From the NCBI GenBank assembly GCA_016840165.1, contig JAEOSU010000072.1, positions 1 to 64,000 on the forward strand: a DNA stretch of 64,000 nt, given 5' to 3'. Positions within the stretch are counted from its first letter, which is position 1, and each line of letters opens with the position of its first letter. Positions 50,328 to 59,892 of this stretch are shown in pieces. Origin of the DNA: Promethearchaeota archaeon. GTDB lineage: Archaea; Asgardarchaeota; Lokiarchaeia; Sigyniarchaeales; SOKP01. The notes beneath the pieces are model-generated. The model ran no database searches and was not told where the DNA came from. It saw only the letters and a program-made list of their open reading frames with translations. A program made the translations under genes and the position numbers.

Positions 50328-51749
50328 CTATTTTTTCTCCCATTCAAAATCAAGTTTTACATATTTCCTTGTATAGAAATATGAAATCAACAAAATTACC
50401 GAGCAGATAGGTCCAAATAGAATTAAACCAAGTGCTACATCTCCCCCAGTTAAGCTTATAAGGGGAAGACTTTCAATTGCTATACCTAGCACAAAAACTC
50501 CAAACGCTTGAAAGAGGTTTAAGATTATACTATTAAAACCCGCATAAATTCCTGCTTTTAATTGACCTGTTTTTTGTTCATCATCTTGAGCGATATCGGC
50601 ATAGAGAATATAAGGAAATAAATACCAACCACCTAAAGCACCAGTAGCTATAATTACAAACAAAATTCCAATAAGTATTCTTGGAATAGCTTCAATTAAA
50701 GCTAATAATGAAATCGGTAAAAAGATTACAGCATATAAGAATATAATAAGGAGGGCTTTCTTTTTTCCACGTTTCTCTAATATTCTTCTCCAAATATATA
50801 GGAATGTAAAGATTCCTATTAGCAAGACTACAGCAATAATATAAAAATCTGTCCCAGTTAAAAATAGTGCAGCTTGATTATATGCTAGTATCGAATCAAC
50901 TAAAATAGACCATCCTAAGCTTGAAATGCCAATCATTAATACAACTAATAGATAATTATGGTTTTTTATTACAATCTTCAGATTTTCTTTTAAACTAGTT
51001 TTAATCTCAAATCTAGGTTCTTTGGGCATTAATATTCCAACTAAAATAAAAGCAACTACGGCAATAAGTCCAAAAAGTAGCACAAACATCAAAAAGTCAA
51101 TAGGTATGGGAGCGTTGGGATTTTTTGGGAGAGCTAGTTCAGGAGGGGGTGATAGGATATTGACATAATTAGTAAGCACTAGTATAGAAACTAAAGACAT
51201 TGCTCCATTACCAATCCAATTAAAATAATTTTGAAATTGAGACACTTTTGGGCGTTCAGGGTTAATGAATTGCTCTGCCATCCATGATTGATACACAGTT
51301 GTCATAGAATAACTAATTTTGAATAAAATATCCCATATTAAAAACCAAAAAAATAGCATTGCTTCACTATTAGGAGAAAGTTCATCAGAGGGTAATAATA
51401 CTAGATCTGGTAAAAATAAAGTGGGCAAAAATAGAAATATAAACGATATACCTAGTAATGGAGCAAAAGCTACAATATAAGGTTTTCTTCTCCCCCATTT
51501 TGTGTATTTGCCATCACTTAGCCATCCCATAGAAAATTGTCCAAAACCTATTACTACATATCCAATAGCTTGAGCAAGAGTTACCAATAAAGCAGATACG
51601 CCATATCCTGCATAGTACAAATTGAAAAGAGCGAATCCCTCCATACCAAGTACAAGTGAACTGCCTACTCTTGGAAAAGCAAATAACACTTTCTTTCCAG
51701 TGCCTGATTTTCCTATGAGTGATTCAGAAGATTCAGTCATATTTTTCAC
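50328..51749 (-). CDS. MFS transporter (GPH/MelB-like)
   Basis: GWLSD...TKWGRRKPY, YADIAQDDE...AGIY, about 12 TM helices. Confidence 0.88.
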   Translation of the reverse strand: MKNMTESSESLIGKSGTGKKVLFAFPRVGSSLVLGMEGFALFNLYYAGYGVSALLVTLAQAIGYVVIGFGQFSMGWLSDGKYTKWGRRKPYIVAFAPLLGISFIFLFLPTLFLPDLVLLPSDELSPNSEAMLFFWFLIWDILFKISYSMTTVYQSWMAEQFINPERPKVSQFQNYFNWIGNGAMSLVSILVLTNYVNILSPPPELALPKNPNAPIPIDFLMFVLLFGLIAVVAFILVGILMPKEPRFEIKTSLKENLKIVIKNHNYLLVVLMIGISSLGWSILVDSILAYNQAALFLTGTDFYIIAVVLLIGIFTFLYIWRRILEKRGKKKALLIIFLYAVIFLPISLLALIEAIPRILIGILFVIIATGALGGWYLFPYILYADIAQDDEQKTGQLKAGIYAGFNSIILNLFQAFGVFVLGIAIESLPLISLTGGDVALGLILFGPICSVILLISYFYTRKYVKLDFEWEKK

Positions 51750-51874
51750 ATTTTTTATTATTTTTTATACAAAATTGAGTTACTTCTAGCTTTGTAAGAT
51801 TTTTATTTAAGCCTTTTTATAAATTATATTGCTTAGAATATGGTTTTAATATAAAAGTAGGTTAAGTAAAATTT

Positions 51875-52870
51875 TTAATCTTCTTCCTCATCCCATCCTA
51901 AATCCTTGAGGACAGATTCAAAAGTTTTAGATTCCTTATCCAACACAAATTCAGTTTCATATTCTGTCGCGGTATCGGTAAATTGAGTTTCGAAATCGGG
52001 AGGTTTGAGTTCTTCAAAGGAAGGTAATTCTTCAGTAGATCTAGGTTCAATATTAGGTTCTATTTCTTGAATAGTCGGTTGTTCTTGTACAATTTGAGGC
52101 TCTTGGATGGTAGTATCTTCTTCAATTTCCATCGGAGTATAATCATCTAATGGTACAGGAGGAATCTCATCCTCATAAACCTTGAATTGTTCCTCAACCT
52201 TCTCAGAAACAACCTGTTCAGTTGGGGAGGGCTCCTTTGCTGTCTTATATTCAATTCCTAATGTTTTTGGAATAGAGACGATGTTATTTTCGGGAAAGGG
52301 TTTAGTTTCCTCACTTTCTCCTCCCTCTTTTTCCCAATCGTCAAGAAAACCAAGTAAGCCATCTAAAGCTTCTTTATCTTGTTCAACGGTGGGCATAACA
52401 ATTGGTTTATCCTCATCAATATCAATAGGGACGTTAAGCTTGGCTTTTTCAGAAGCCTCTAATGAGAGAGTCATTTCAGTAACCTCATCTCCAGATATTA
52501 GTCTATTCAGTTTTTTAGTCAATTCTCGAAGATAACCTAAATAATAGCCAATTCGATAGACATTTTTTAAACCAGCAAAGACAATATATTCATCGTTGAT
52601 TGCTAATAAGATACTATATCCCGAGGAATTATGAAGAATAATTTCAGTGAGAGCTCCATGAGCAGTTGCTTCACTTAATCTTAACCCTAAATCTATAAGG
52701 GCAGTACTCGACGCAGAAGTAGCGTCTGCATCTAATTCTGATGATCTGGCAGAGGCAACTTTCATACCAACCCTTGATAAAACCGCCAGATTTTCTAAGT
52801 CTGTATTATCTTCTTCATTCTTCAGAATATGAAGCATGTTATCACGAATATTTTGAGGGAGAGACGACAT
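51875..52870 (-). CDS. Roadblock/LC7-domain protein with long acidic disordered tail
   Basis: LAVLSRVGMKVAS...DATSASSTALIDLG...GALTEIIL...GYSILL roadblock fold in the first ~125 aa. Confidence 0.82.
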   Translation of the reverse strand: MSSLPQNIRDNMLHILKNEEDNTDLENLAVLSRVGMKVASARSSELDADATSASSTALIDLGLRLSEATAHGALTEIILHNSSGYSILLAINDEYIVFAGLKNVYRIGYYLGYLRELTKKLNRLISGDEVTEMTLSLEASEKAKLNVPIDIDEDKPIVMPTVEQDKEALDGLLGFLDDWEKEGGESEETKPFPENNIVSIPKTLGIEYKTAKEPSPTEQVVSEKVEEQFKVYEDEIPPVPLDDYTPMEIEEDTTIQEPQIVQEQPTIQEIEPNIEPRSTEELPSFEELKPPDFETQFTDTATEYETEFVLDKESKTFESVLKDLGWDEEED

Positions 52871-52942
52871 TTTTTATCAATAATTTTTTCTCTATCTTAA
52901 GTATAATCATAGATTATATCCTAATATATTTTTTTCTGTCCA

Positions 52943-53662
52943 TTATTTTAAAAATTTAATTAAATTCATCTGAGTAGAAGGAGACTCGATTTCTTTGTTA
53001 AAAGAATACCCGGTTAATTCAGTAACTAATTCCATGATTTTTTCTAAAACCTGATCTTCATTCAAACCCTCAGTATTTATAACAAAAACATGATCTTGTT
53101 GATTTTTTGATAATAAGAATTGGTTATAGTAGGAAAGAATTTCTAACAGGTAATCTTTTTCAAATTCATTCCACTTTTCTCGCCTTTTATCTATCGCACC
53201 TCTTTGAATAATTCTTTTTAAAATCGTATTTGGTTCTGCCACCAAGTAAATTACGTAATGTTCTTTCCAATCTACAGAATTATACGTATCTTCGATAAGC
53301 TTGTAATCCTTTTCTTTTAAATGTAAGCTTTTAGAATAAATTAATATGCATAGAGGGGTTCTATCCAAGATAATAAGCCTACCATTATACTTTCTATCAT
53401 AATTGATAACATTTCTATTCCTTCGAATAAATTGCTGTAAGAAATGAATTTCACTTCGAAATGCAGTTTGTTTGTCAGTAGAACCAAAAGGAAAAGGTGG
53501 TATTTTGCGATATCTCTCGGGAAAAAATTTAAATTTTCTATTATCAGCCATCTTTTTCCTAAATAGATGGAATATAGTTGTTTTACCTACCCCATGAGCA
53601 CCAGCAAGAGAAATGATGATATTATCCTTACTTCCTTTGTTTCTATAAATTGTTCTCCCCAA
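52943..53662 (-). CDS. Deoxynucleoside/thymidylate kinase-family P-loop protein
   Basis: GAHGVGKTT, LDRT, IYL...ILKRIIQRG. Confidence 0.78.
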   Translation of the reverse strand: MGRTIYRNKGSKDNIIISLAGAHGVGKTTIFHLFRKKMADNRKFKFFPERYRKIPPFPFGSTDKQTAFRSEIHFLQQFIRRNRNVINYDRKYNGRLIILDRTPLCILIYSKSLHLKEKDYKLIEDTYNSVDWKEHYVIYLVAEPNTILKRIIQRGAIDKRREKWNEFEKDYLLEILSYYNQFLLSKNQQDHVFVINTEGLNEDQVLEKIMELVTELTGYSFNKEIESPSTQMNLIKFLK

Positions 53663-53795
53663 TCTTTCTTTCTCCGAATAGTTTACATACTCACATATTA
53701 AAATGAATAATATTGATTAATAATACCACTAGAGTTATTTGATTTTTCTTATTTTTAAATTTATATATTAAAGGATGATGATTTTAAATACTATA

Positions 53796-54929
53796 TTAAG
53801 GGAAAATGACTATAATCATTAACACCGAATTAAAGATGATGCTAGCGATAATTGGATTGTATATATTTTTGTTTACTTCGTACAAAACCCCAAGAATCAA
53901 AAATATGAAAAATTCAATTAAAAAGAAATAGAGTCCTAGGGGTAATGAAAATACTAAATAGAGTAATGAATAAATCAGTGCAACAAGCACAATAGTACTA
54001 AATTTCCCAAAAAGATCATTTCCAAAATGAGATTTTAGTGTATTATGAAGAACGCCTCGATATACTATTTCTGTAGAAAATACACTCAAATTTAGTAAAA
54101 ATATAAGCAACACCATCCAATATGGCTCCGCTTCTCGAACTATTTGATTTTCTAATGCGATCTGAGAAAAAATATCATCAAAGTTGATCCCTAATTGCAT
54201 CATTAGCTCAATTATCGAATTCGAAAAACTATTAATAAGAATCAATAATAACCCCCCAATTATACCAATAACAATAGTAACCAAGAAGCTTTTAGGAGTG
54301 TACCAAAATCCGAGTTTTTTCATATTATGTTTTTTAGAATAAATATACCACAAAGGATATATTCCAAAGATAAGATCAGGAAGTTGGGATAAGATTATCG
54401 TCGTGATATTAATTGTTCCTGTGGTTCCATCTATAGGGAGTTGAAAGATAACTATAGATGTTATTAGGATTCTAATTATTATATATACCATAATAGAATT
54501 TCCAAATACATTTAATCCTTCTCTGAGATTCCATGTTGCTTTATTTAATACAAATCGTTGTTCCGGGACCAATTTTTTATCGGTAAAAATGAACCCTGGT
54601 CTTCTTTCACTTTTTTGGATCCCAATTTGATCCTTTGGTAGCTCGACTTTCTCTAATTTAGCATTACAGATCGGACATTGTTCAAGAATAGCAGAGCTTA
54701 TAATAGAACCACATCCGGGACATTTTCTTGAGATTTTATGCTTTTGATCATCACGAATTGGAATAAGCTCCTCTTTTACTTGATTCGTATTCTCTGTGGT
54801 CTTTCTTGCTACCTTTACCTTTACAACTAGTTTTCCGCACTTCGGACAATATATTTGTCCTTCATTTACTTTAGCGCCACAGTAGACACAATATTTAATA
54901 TTGGCTTTCTTATCTTTCTCATTTGACAT
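53796..54929 (-). CDS. Double Zn-ribbon + degenerate CPBP membrane domain
   Basis: CVYCG..CPKCG and CPGCG..CPIC; CPBP motifs eroded (TEIVYRG, YSLLY, SIIFN). Confidence 0.78.
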   Translation of the reverse strand: MSNEKDKKANIKYCVYCGAKVNEGQIYCPKCGKLVVKVKVARKTTENTNQVKEELIPIRDDQKHKISRKCPGCGSIISSAILEQCPICNAKLEKVELPKDQIGIQKSERRPGFIFTDKKLVPEQRFVLNKATWNLREGLNVFGNSIMVYIIIRILITSIVIFQLPIDGTTGTINITTIILSQLPDLIFGIYPLWYIYSKKHNMKKLGFWYTPKSFLVTIVIGIIGGLLLILINSFSNSIIELMMQLGINFDDIFSQIALENQIVREAEPYWMVLLIFLLNLSVFSTEIVYRGVLHNTLKSHFGNDLFGKFSTIVLVALIYSLLYLVFSLPLGLYFFLIEFFIFLILGVLYEVNKNIYNPIIASIIFNSVLMIIVIFP

Positions 54930-55053
54930 AATGCATAAACCAGTGGTTAAATTCTTTACTTATTATGAATAATTGTTATTCTACATCTATTTTCTTAGAT
55001 TAATATATAAAAATGAAATTATATAGTTTATGGTTATTTTAATAAACTGTTAT

Positions 55054-56322
55054 CTAATCATTCTTCTTTAACTTTTTTATCGATTTTTCATATAAGTTCT
55101 GTGAAATTGCATTTAATTGCATTAATAAAAATCCATGGTAAGAAGTTATTGAATTGTAATAACTCTCTCCCAGTGTATGTTTACCAGCATAAGTAAGTGC
55201 TAATTGAGCATTAAGTGCGGTTTCCATTATAAGTTCGATTCCTTTGTAAATTAAGTTCGGACTCCAAATCCCTCTATCAGGATTAGCCCACCAAGTCGTA
55301 TCCGAGCAAACACATCGATCATAAAACCATCTTGCAGTTTCAATGTAGGTTCTAATAATGGGTTCTTCTAAATGAGACAATTCAGAAGCATATTTCATAA
55401 GATGTTCTGTTGCAGTCATCATCTTCCAGTAAGATTGATGGATACTATTATCGGGATGATCCCAGAGAGGATAGGCAATATGATCCTCTAAATCTTCTTC
55501 TGTAGTGCTCCAGCTAGAATCTCGTGGAATGATTGGATTATTATGTGCAGGGAAAAGTTTATCCAATTCAGATATTAGAATTAGTTGTATCTCCTCCTCT
55601 TCATTTATTAATTCAAGTACTTTGCTGAGAAATTTTCTTTCATAATTCCTATGATGGTGCCCGAAAGTTTCAGAATCCATAGCAGTTATTATATAGTTAT
55701 CAACATTTTTTATTTCGTTATTATTGTTAAACATTTCTCTTAGATGGTTAACAAATTCTTTTGCGTTAATGCTATTAAATGAAATTTTATTACTTAGTAT
55801 ATCGTCCCTAAAAAATAAGTGTAGTCCCTGAGAAGAATGATAGATTTGATGAGAGGACCAATTTACGGGACATCCTATCCCACTCGATAAAATCCATTTA
55901 TACCCTAATTCCTGAACAACTTTAATGGTGTTAGAATTAATGGATAATTCTGGGGGAAAAAATCCATTTCGTTCCCATTTGTTAAAAATATTTTTATGAG
56001 TTTCTTCATTGAGAAGAATTTGGTGTTTCGCTTCTTTTTGCGGTATGAGAGGGAGTATTGGATGAAATTTTGCTGTGCCAACCAACTCAATCTTTCCTTC
56101 CGACCGTAAATAGTTAATAATTTCTAACGTTTCGGTTAAATTAAATTCCTGAAGCATATCAATTAGATTCGCGTTTAAATTCAGAGAGAATGCGGAGTTT
56201 TCATGCTCTTGAAGCATAGAAAATAATGGTTTATAACATTCTCTATTAATTCTTCTTAGCATCTCTGGATCTTGGAATGTTGGTTGGTATGTATGTAATA
56301 AAGGAGCCCAAAAAGTCGTCAA
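55054..56322 (-). CDS. Glycoside hydrolase family 57 protein
   Basis: HTYQP, HPILPLIP, FPPEL, AMDSETFGHH, SSWS. Confidence 0.88.
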   Translation of the reverse strand: MTTFWAPLLHTYQPTFQDPEMLRRINRECYKPLFSMLQEHENSAFSLNLNANLIDMLQEFNLTETLEIINYLRSEGKIELVGTAKFHPILPLIPQKEAKHQILLNEETHKNIFNKWERNGFFPPELSINSNTIKVVQELGYKWILSSGIGCPVNWSSHQIYHSSQGLHLFFRDDILSNKISFNSINAKEFVNHLREMFNNNNEIKNVDNYIITAMDSETFGHHHRNYERKFLSKVLELINEEEEIQLILISELDKLFPAHNNPIIPRDSSWSTTEEDLEDHIAYPLWDHPDNSIHQSYWKMMTATEHLMKYASELSHLEEPIIRTYIETARWFYDRCVCSDTTWWANPDRGIWSPNLIYKGIELIMETALNAQLALTYAGKHTLGESYYNSITSYHGFLLMQLNAISQNLYEKSIKKLKKND

Positions 56323-56416
56323 AAATATCTCAACCCCTACAAGAAATAAATACCTTAAAAACTTTAGAGAGTTAAATGAATCTAAATTAATGAATTCTAC
56401 TATTTTTTAAAATATC

Positions 56417-57964
56417 TCACTTCTGATTTTCCAATGCTTTTTTACGATTCATGCAAGGCACACATCGCCCACAAGGAATTTCATAATCCCCATAACAACT
56501 CCATGTCTGGTCAATTGGAACTTCAAGTTCCTGAGCAATTTTTATAACTTCTGCTTTAGATTTTGTCGAAAATGGAAAGAGAAATTCAATTTTTGATTGA
56601 TCTTTTGAATGCTTTGAAATATCAATTAACTTTTCTAATCCCTCAAAAAAAAGAGAACTTGTATCATTAAATTTTTCAATGTCATCCTTTAAATGTCCTC
56701 CAATTACAAATTGACATCCATAAATGGCAGCATGATATGCAGCAATAGAATAAAAAACAAGATTTCTTAAAGGTATATAGCCTTGTGGAGCATGAGTAGC
56801 AGAAGGAACGGGGTAACCATCCATTCGTAAATCTACGGCATCTTGAATATAGGTTGCCGAGACTTCTATTAAAGGAATATCTAAAAGTTTTGCCATAGTT
56901 TTTGTTGCAAGAATCTCTTTTTTTGGCCTCCACTTATAGTTTATTGTTAAACCAATTACTTTATAATCATTCTTTATTGCCCAATAGAGTGTCGTAGTAG
57001 AATCAATACCTCCCGAAAGTAGAACAATCGCTTTTTTACTAGATTTTTTATTATTATGGGCCAATATATCTTTAACTGCGGCTTCAATTGCCATATTTAG
57101 TGGTGATAAAGTATAATGCAGAAGTTCAGCAGTCTTTTCTCCATTTTCTATAATATCACATCGCATCACATCAATCATATCCTTGCATATTTCGAACCGT
57201 TCAGGAGCTTGTTCATATGGCACATATTCTATCGCAGGTTCAGGTATATTGAGTCCTAAATTTTTGATAGTTTTGAGCACAAATCTAACCAATTCATTCA
57301 TTGTAACTTTTTCAGGGCCTACTAAATTATAGATTTTATTCGTTTCTCCAACACCTCCAGCTGCTTGTAGGAAAGCGGTTATAGCATCCTCAACAAATAT
57401 TGGTTGCATAGGAATATCACCTCTACCAGCGATTAATACTTTTCCATCAATTATTTGTTCAATTGTCTCTGGGATGAGCTCATCTCCAGGTCCTAAAATA
57501 TATGAAGGACGAAATATTCTGTAGTCTAAATTTGAGCCAATAAGTAGTTTTTCTGCTTCTCGTTTTGACCAGAAGTAGTCATTTTTTGCCCAATCTCTCT
57601 CGCCGTATTTATCAACTCCTAAACCCGATGGATATATAATTCTTTTAACTTCTGCTTCTTTTGCGGCGTTGATTATTTGTTTTAATCCCTCAATATTCAC
57701 CTTTTGAAATGCTTCCTTACTTCCACAAACAATATTCGCAAAATGAATAACTGCAATACAACCATTAAAAGCCTCTTGGTATTTTTTATTATCAAACTGT
57801 GGTATGAGATATGGTTTTGCCCCTAATTCTTTAACTTCATTAACAACCTCTTTTCTACGGATAATTGCATGTACGCTCCATCCCTTTATCATAGCTAATT
57901 TTATTGTATTTTTTCCTAAGTATCCATTGGCTCCTGTAATGGTCACTCTTTTTGAATTCGACAT
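56417..57964 (-). CDS. queC: NAD(P)-dependent SDR fused to 7-cyano-7-deazaguanine synthase QueC
   Basis: N-terminal ITGANGYLG, YFWSK, RPSYILG; C-terminal LLSGGIDS, YIPLRNLVF, TWSCY...CGRCVPC. GGTGA SD favours ATG 57964. Confidence 0.88.
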   Translation of the reverse strand: MSNSKRVTITGANGYLGKNTIKLAMIKGWSVHAIIRRKEVVNEVKELGAKPYLIPQFDNKKYQEAFNGCIAVIHFANIVCGSKEAFQKVNIEGLKQIINAAKEAEVKRIIYPSGLGVDKYGERDWAKNDYFWSKREAEKLLIGSNLDYRIFRPSYILGPGDELIPETIEQIIDGKVLIAGRGDIPMQPIFVEDAITAFLQAAGGVGETNKIYNLVGPEKVTMNELVRFVLKTIKNLGLNIPEPAIEYVPYEQAPERFEICKDMIDVMRCDIIENGEKTAELLHYTLSPLNMAIEAAVKDILAHNNKKSSKKAIVLLSGGIDSTTTLYWAIKNDYKVIGLTINYKWRPKKEILATKTMAKLLDIPLIEVSATYIQDAVDLRMDGYPVPSATHAPQGYIPLRNLVFYSIAAYHAAIYGCQFVIGGHLKDDIEKFNDTSSLFFEGLEKLIDISKHSKDQSKIEFLFPFSTKSKAEVIKIAQELEVPIDQTWSCYGDYEIPCGRCVPCMNRKKALENQK

Positions 57965-58005
57965 AGAATCACCTAACAAAAAAGATCATTAAAAATGATT
58001 TAAAT

Positions 58006-58042
58006 TTAATTTCAATAAACTAAAAATTCTGATTGAAATTAA
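58006..58042. promoter_or_regulatory. 11-bp inverted repeat in divergent queC/queD promoter region
   Basis: TTAATTTCAAT-N15-ATTGAAATTAA. Confidence 0.4.
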
Positions 58043-58138
58043 TGAAATTTAAGGCAAAAATATAAAAATTATTAAAAGAAATTCAAAACAGATTACATAT
58101 TTTGATTGATTGATTTATTACCAAGAGAATGAATATGG

Positions 58139-58600
58139 ATGGGTTTTAAAGTCATCGTTAATAATGCTGACACCAAATTTAGCGCATGTCACTTTTTAAA
58201 AGAGCCATTGAAGTGTTCACGAATTCATGGTCATAATTACTATGTTTCAGTAGAAGTAGAATCGGATATTGATGAGAATCATTTTGTGGTCGATTTCATT
58301 GAATTAAAGCAAATTGTTAAATCAGTGGTGGAACCATTAGATCACTATGTTTTGGTGCCAGAGTTATCTCATAATCTAAAAATAACCAAAATGGATGAAA
58401 GTATTGAAGTTATTACTAGTGATAATAAAAAGTATATCTTTCCAAAATGTGACGTTAAATTTTTACCCTTGGAAGCTACAACCAGCGAAATGCTTGCTAA
58501 ATATATTCATTCCCAAATGAAAAAAGTATTTCCAGATAAAATTATTACCGTAAAGGTCGAAGAAAGTAAAAGTACAATCGCTGTATTTAGTGATAGTTAA
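58139..58600 (+). CDS. queD: 6-carboxytetrahydropterin synthase QueD / PTPS family
   Basis: FSACHFL, CSRIHGHNY, VVDF, LDH, TTSEMLA. Confidence 0.88.
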   Translation: MGFKVIVNNADTKFSACHFLKEPLKCSRIHGHNYYVSVEVESDIDENHFVVDFIELKQIVKSVVEPLDHYVLVPELSHNLKITKMDESIEVITSDNKKYIFPKCDVKFLPLEATTSEMLAKYIHSQMKKVFPDKIITVKVEESKSTIAVFSDS

Positions 58601-58614
58601 ACATCGTATGAATC

Positions 58615-59730
58615 TTATTTTTCAATAATTCGTTCTTTTATTATGGTCCCAAAATGTGTGGCTCCAGGACCAATGTGGACTAAAAATTCATCCCCTTTAT
58701 TCACGTTGACTACGGATTTTGCTTTTCCGTAAGTATCCACTAAACTTATTGTTTCAGCGTTTTGACAAATACAACTAATTTCAATTTTTTCCGAAGATTT
58801 GCCTGCTTCTAACAAAAATCTCAACATAGGGCGGGTTTCTATCTTAACTCTTCCAACTGTGACGACTCTCGCATTACCCATATAGTCTATGGCAAAAACC
58901 TTATCTCCCCCCTTAATTTCGCTTAAGTATCTTGTTTTATAGATTCGTTCTGAATCTTCACCTGGAACAAGGATATAAGCAGATACATCACCTGCATTAA
59001 CTCGAAATGGTCGTGAAGATATAAATTGAGTCTCAAATACTTCCGCATGGATTAATACAAATCCCATAGCTGTACTCCCTACTAACATACCCTCACCAAT
59101 ATTAAGGAGTGAGGTAGTGTCAACGCATACTCTTTCACTCTCTGAGATCGATTGTATATCTATCACCTTAGCTGCTTCTAATTCTATCATATAATCTGAT
59201 CTTATTATTTTTTTCATTTCTATTAGATCATCAGCACTCTTAGGTTCAAATAATATACCATCTACTCCCGATTCTAATGTTTTAAACATTAGCTCGGCTT
59301 CACTAATATTTTTTACATGGGCGATTAACTGGGTCTCACTATTAGCAGTTTCTGCTATAAGGTTTTCAAAAGGAATTACTTTCCAGTTTTTTGCCCTTAT
59401 GATTATAATATCAATGGTATTTGAGTTGCAAAGTTCTATTGCAGCTTCTAGATCTCCTTTATTATTTACATTCATAGATAAGCCAAGCTTTGGAATATGA
59501 GATCTTCCTTCTTCTATGATATTGTCTAAGTCTTCACGATTTTCACAAATATATACTTCCGTTTTCAGTTCAGGATCAAAAGCATATTTAGTTACCTGTT
59601 TTATAGTATTAAATTGGGAAAATGTTTTCTTTGAAACTAGAATGTCAAAAAAATTCATATTGAAAGCTTCTTGAGCTAATTCCTTCATATTATTTGATAT
59701 AACTCTAAAATCTAAGATTACTTTCTTCAT
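58615..59730 (-). CDS. 3-dehydroquinate synthase II (archaeal type)
   Basis: WKVIPFENLIA, LESGVDG, RVCVDT, RPFRVNAG, GRVKIETRP, QNAETI, HFG. Confidence 0.93.
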   Translation of the reverse strand: MKKVILDFRVISNNMKELAQEAFNMNFFDILVSKKTFSQFNTIKQVTKYAFDPELKTEVYICENREDLDNIIEEGRSHIPKLGLSMNVNNKGDLEAAIELCNSNTIDIIIIRAKNWKVIPFENLIAETANSETQLIAHVKNISEAELMFKTLESGVDGILFEPKSADDLIEMKKIIRSDYMIELEAAKVIDIQSISESERVCVDTTSLLNIGEGMLVGSTAMGFVLIHAEVFETQFISSRPFRVNAGDVSAYILVPGEDSERIYKTRYLSEIKGGDKVFAIDYMGNARVVTVGRVKIETRPMLRFLLEAGKSSEKIEISCICQNAETISLVDTYGKAKSVVNVNKGDEFLVHIGPGATHFGTIIKERIIEK

Positions 59731-59892
59731 TTTCTTCTATTGTTCAATATTCTCAATAATTGGACTATGAAAGTTTTTTTGCTAAAAACAATTTATGTTT
59801 ATTATATTCTAATAAATATTTAAGGTAAAAAAATCATATTAATTATAAAAGAAATGCATTATAATTATCTTCCAAATGGAGATGAAGCATAA

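Noticed and set aside
58010-58030. preQ1 riboswitch near queC/queD (AATAAACTAA resembles the A-rich tail)
   Set aside because: The P1 stem and conserved loop of preQ1-I are not present.
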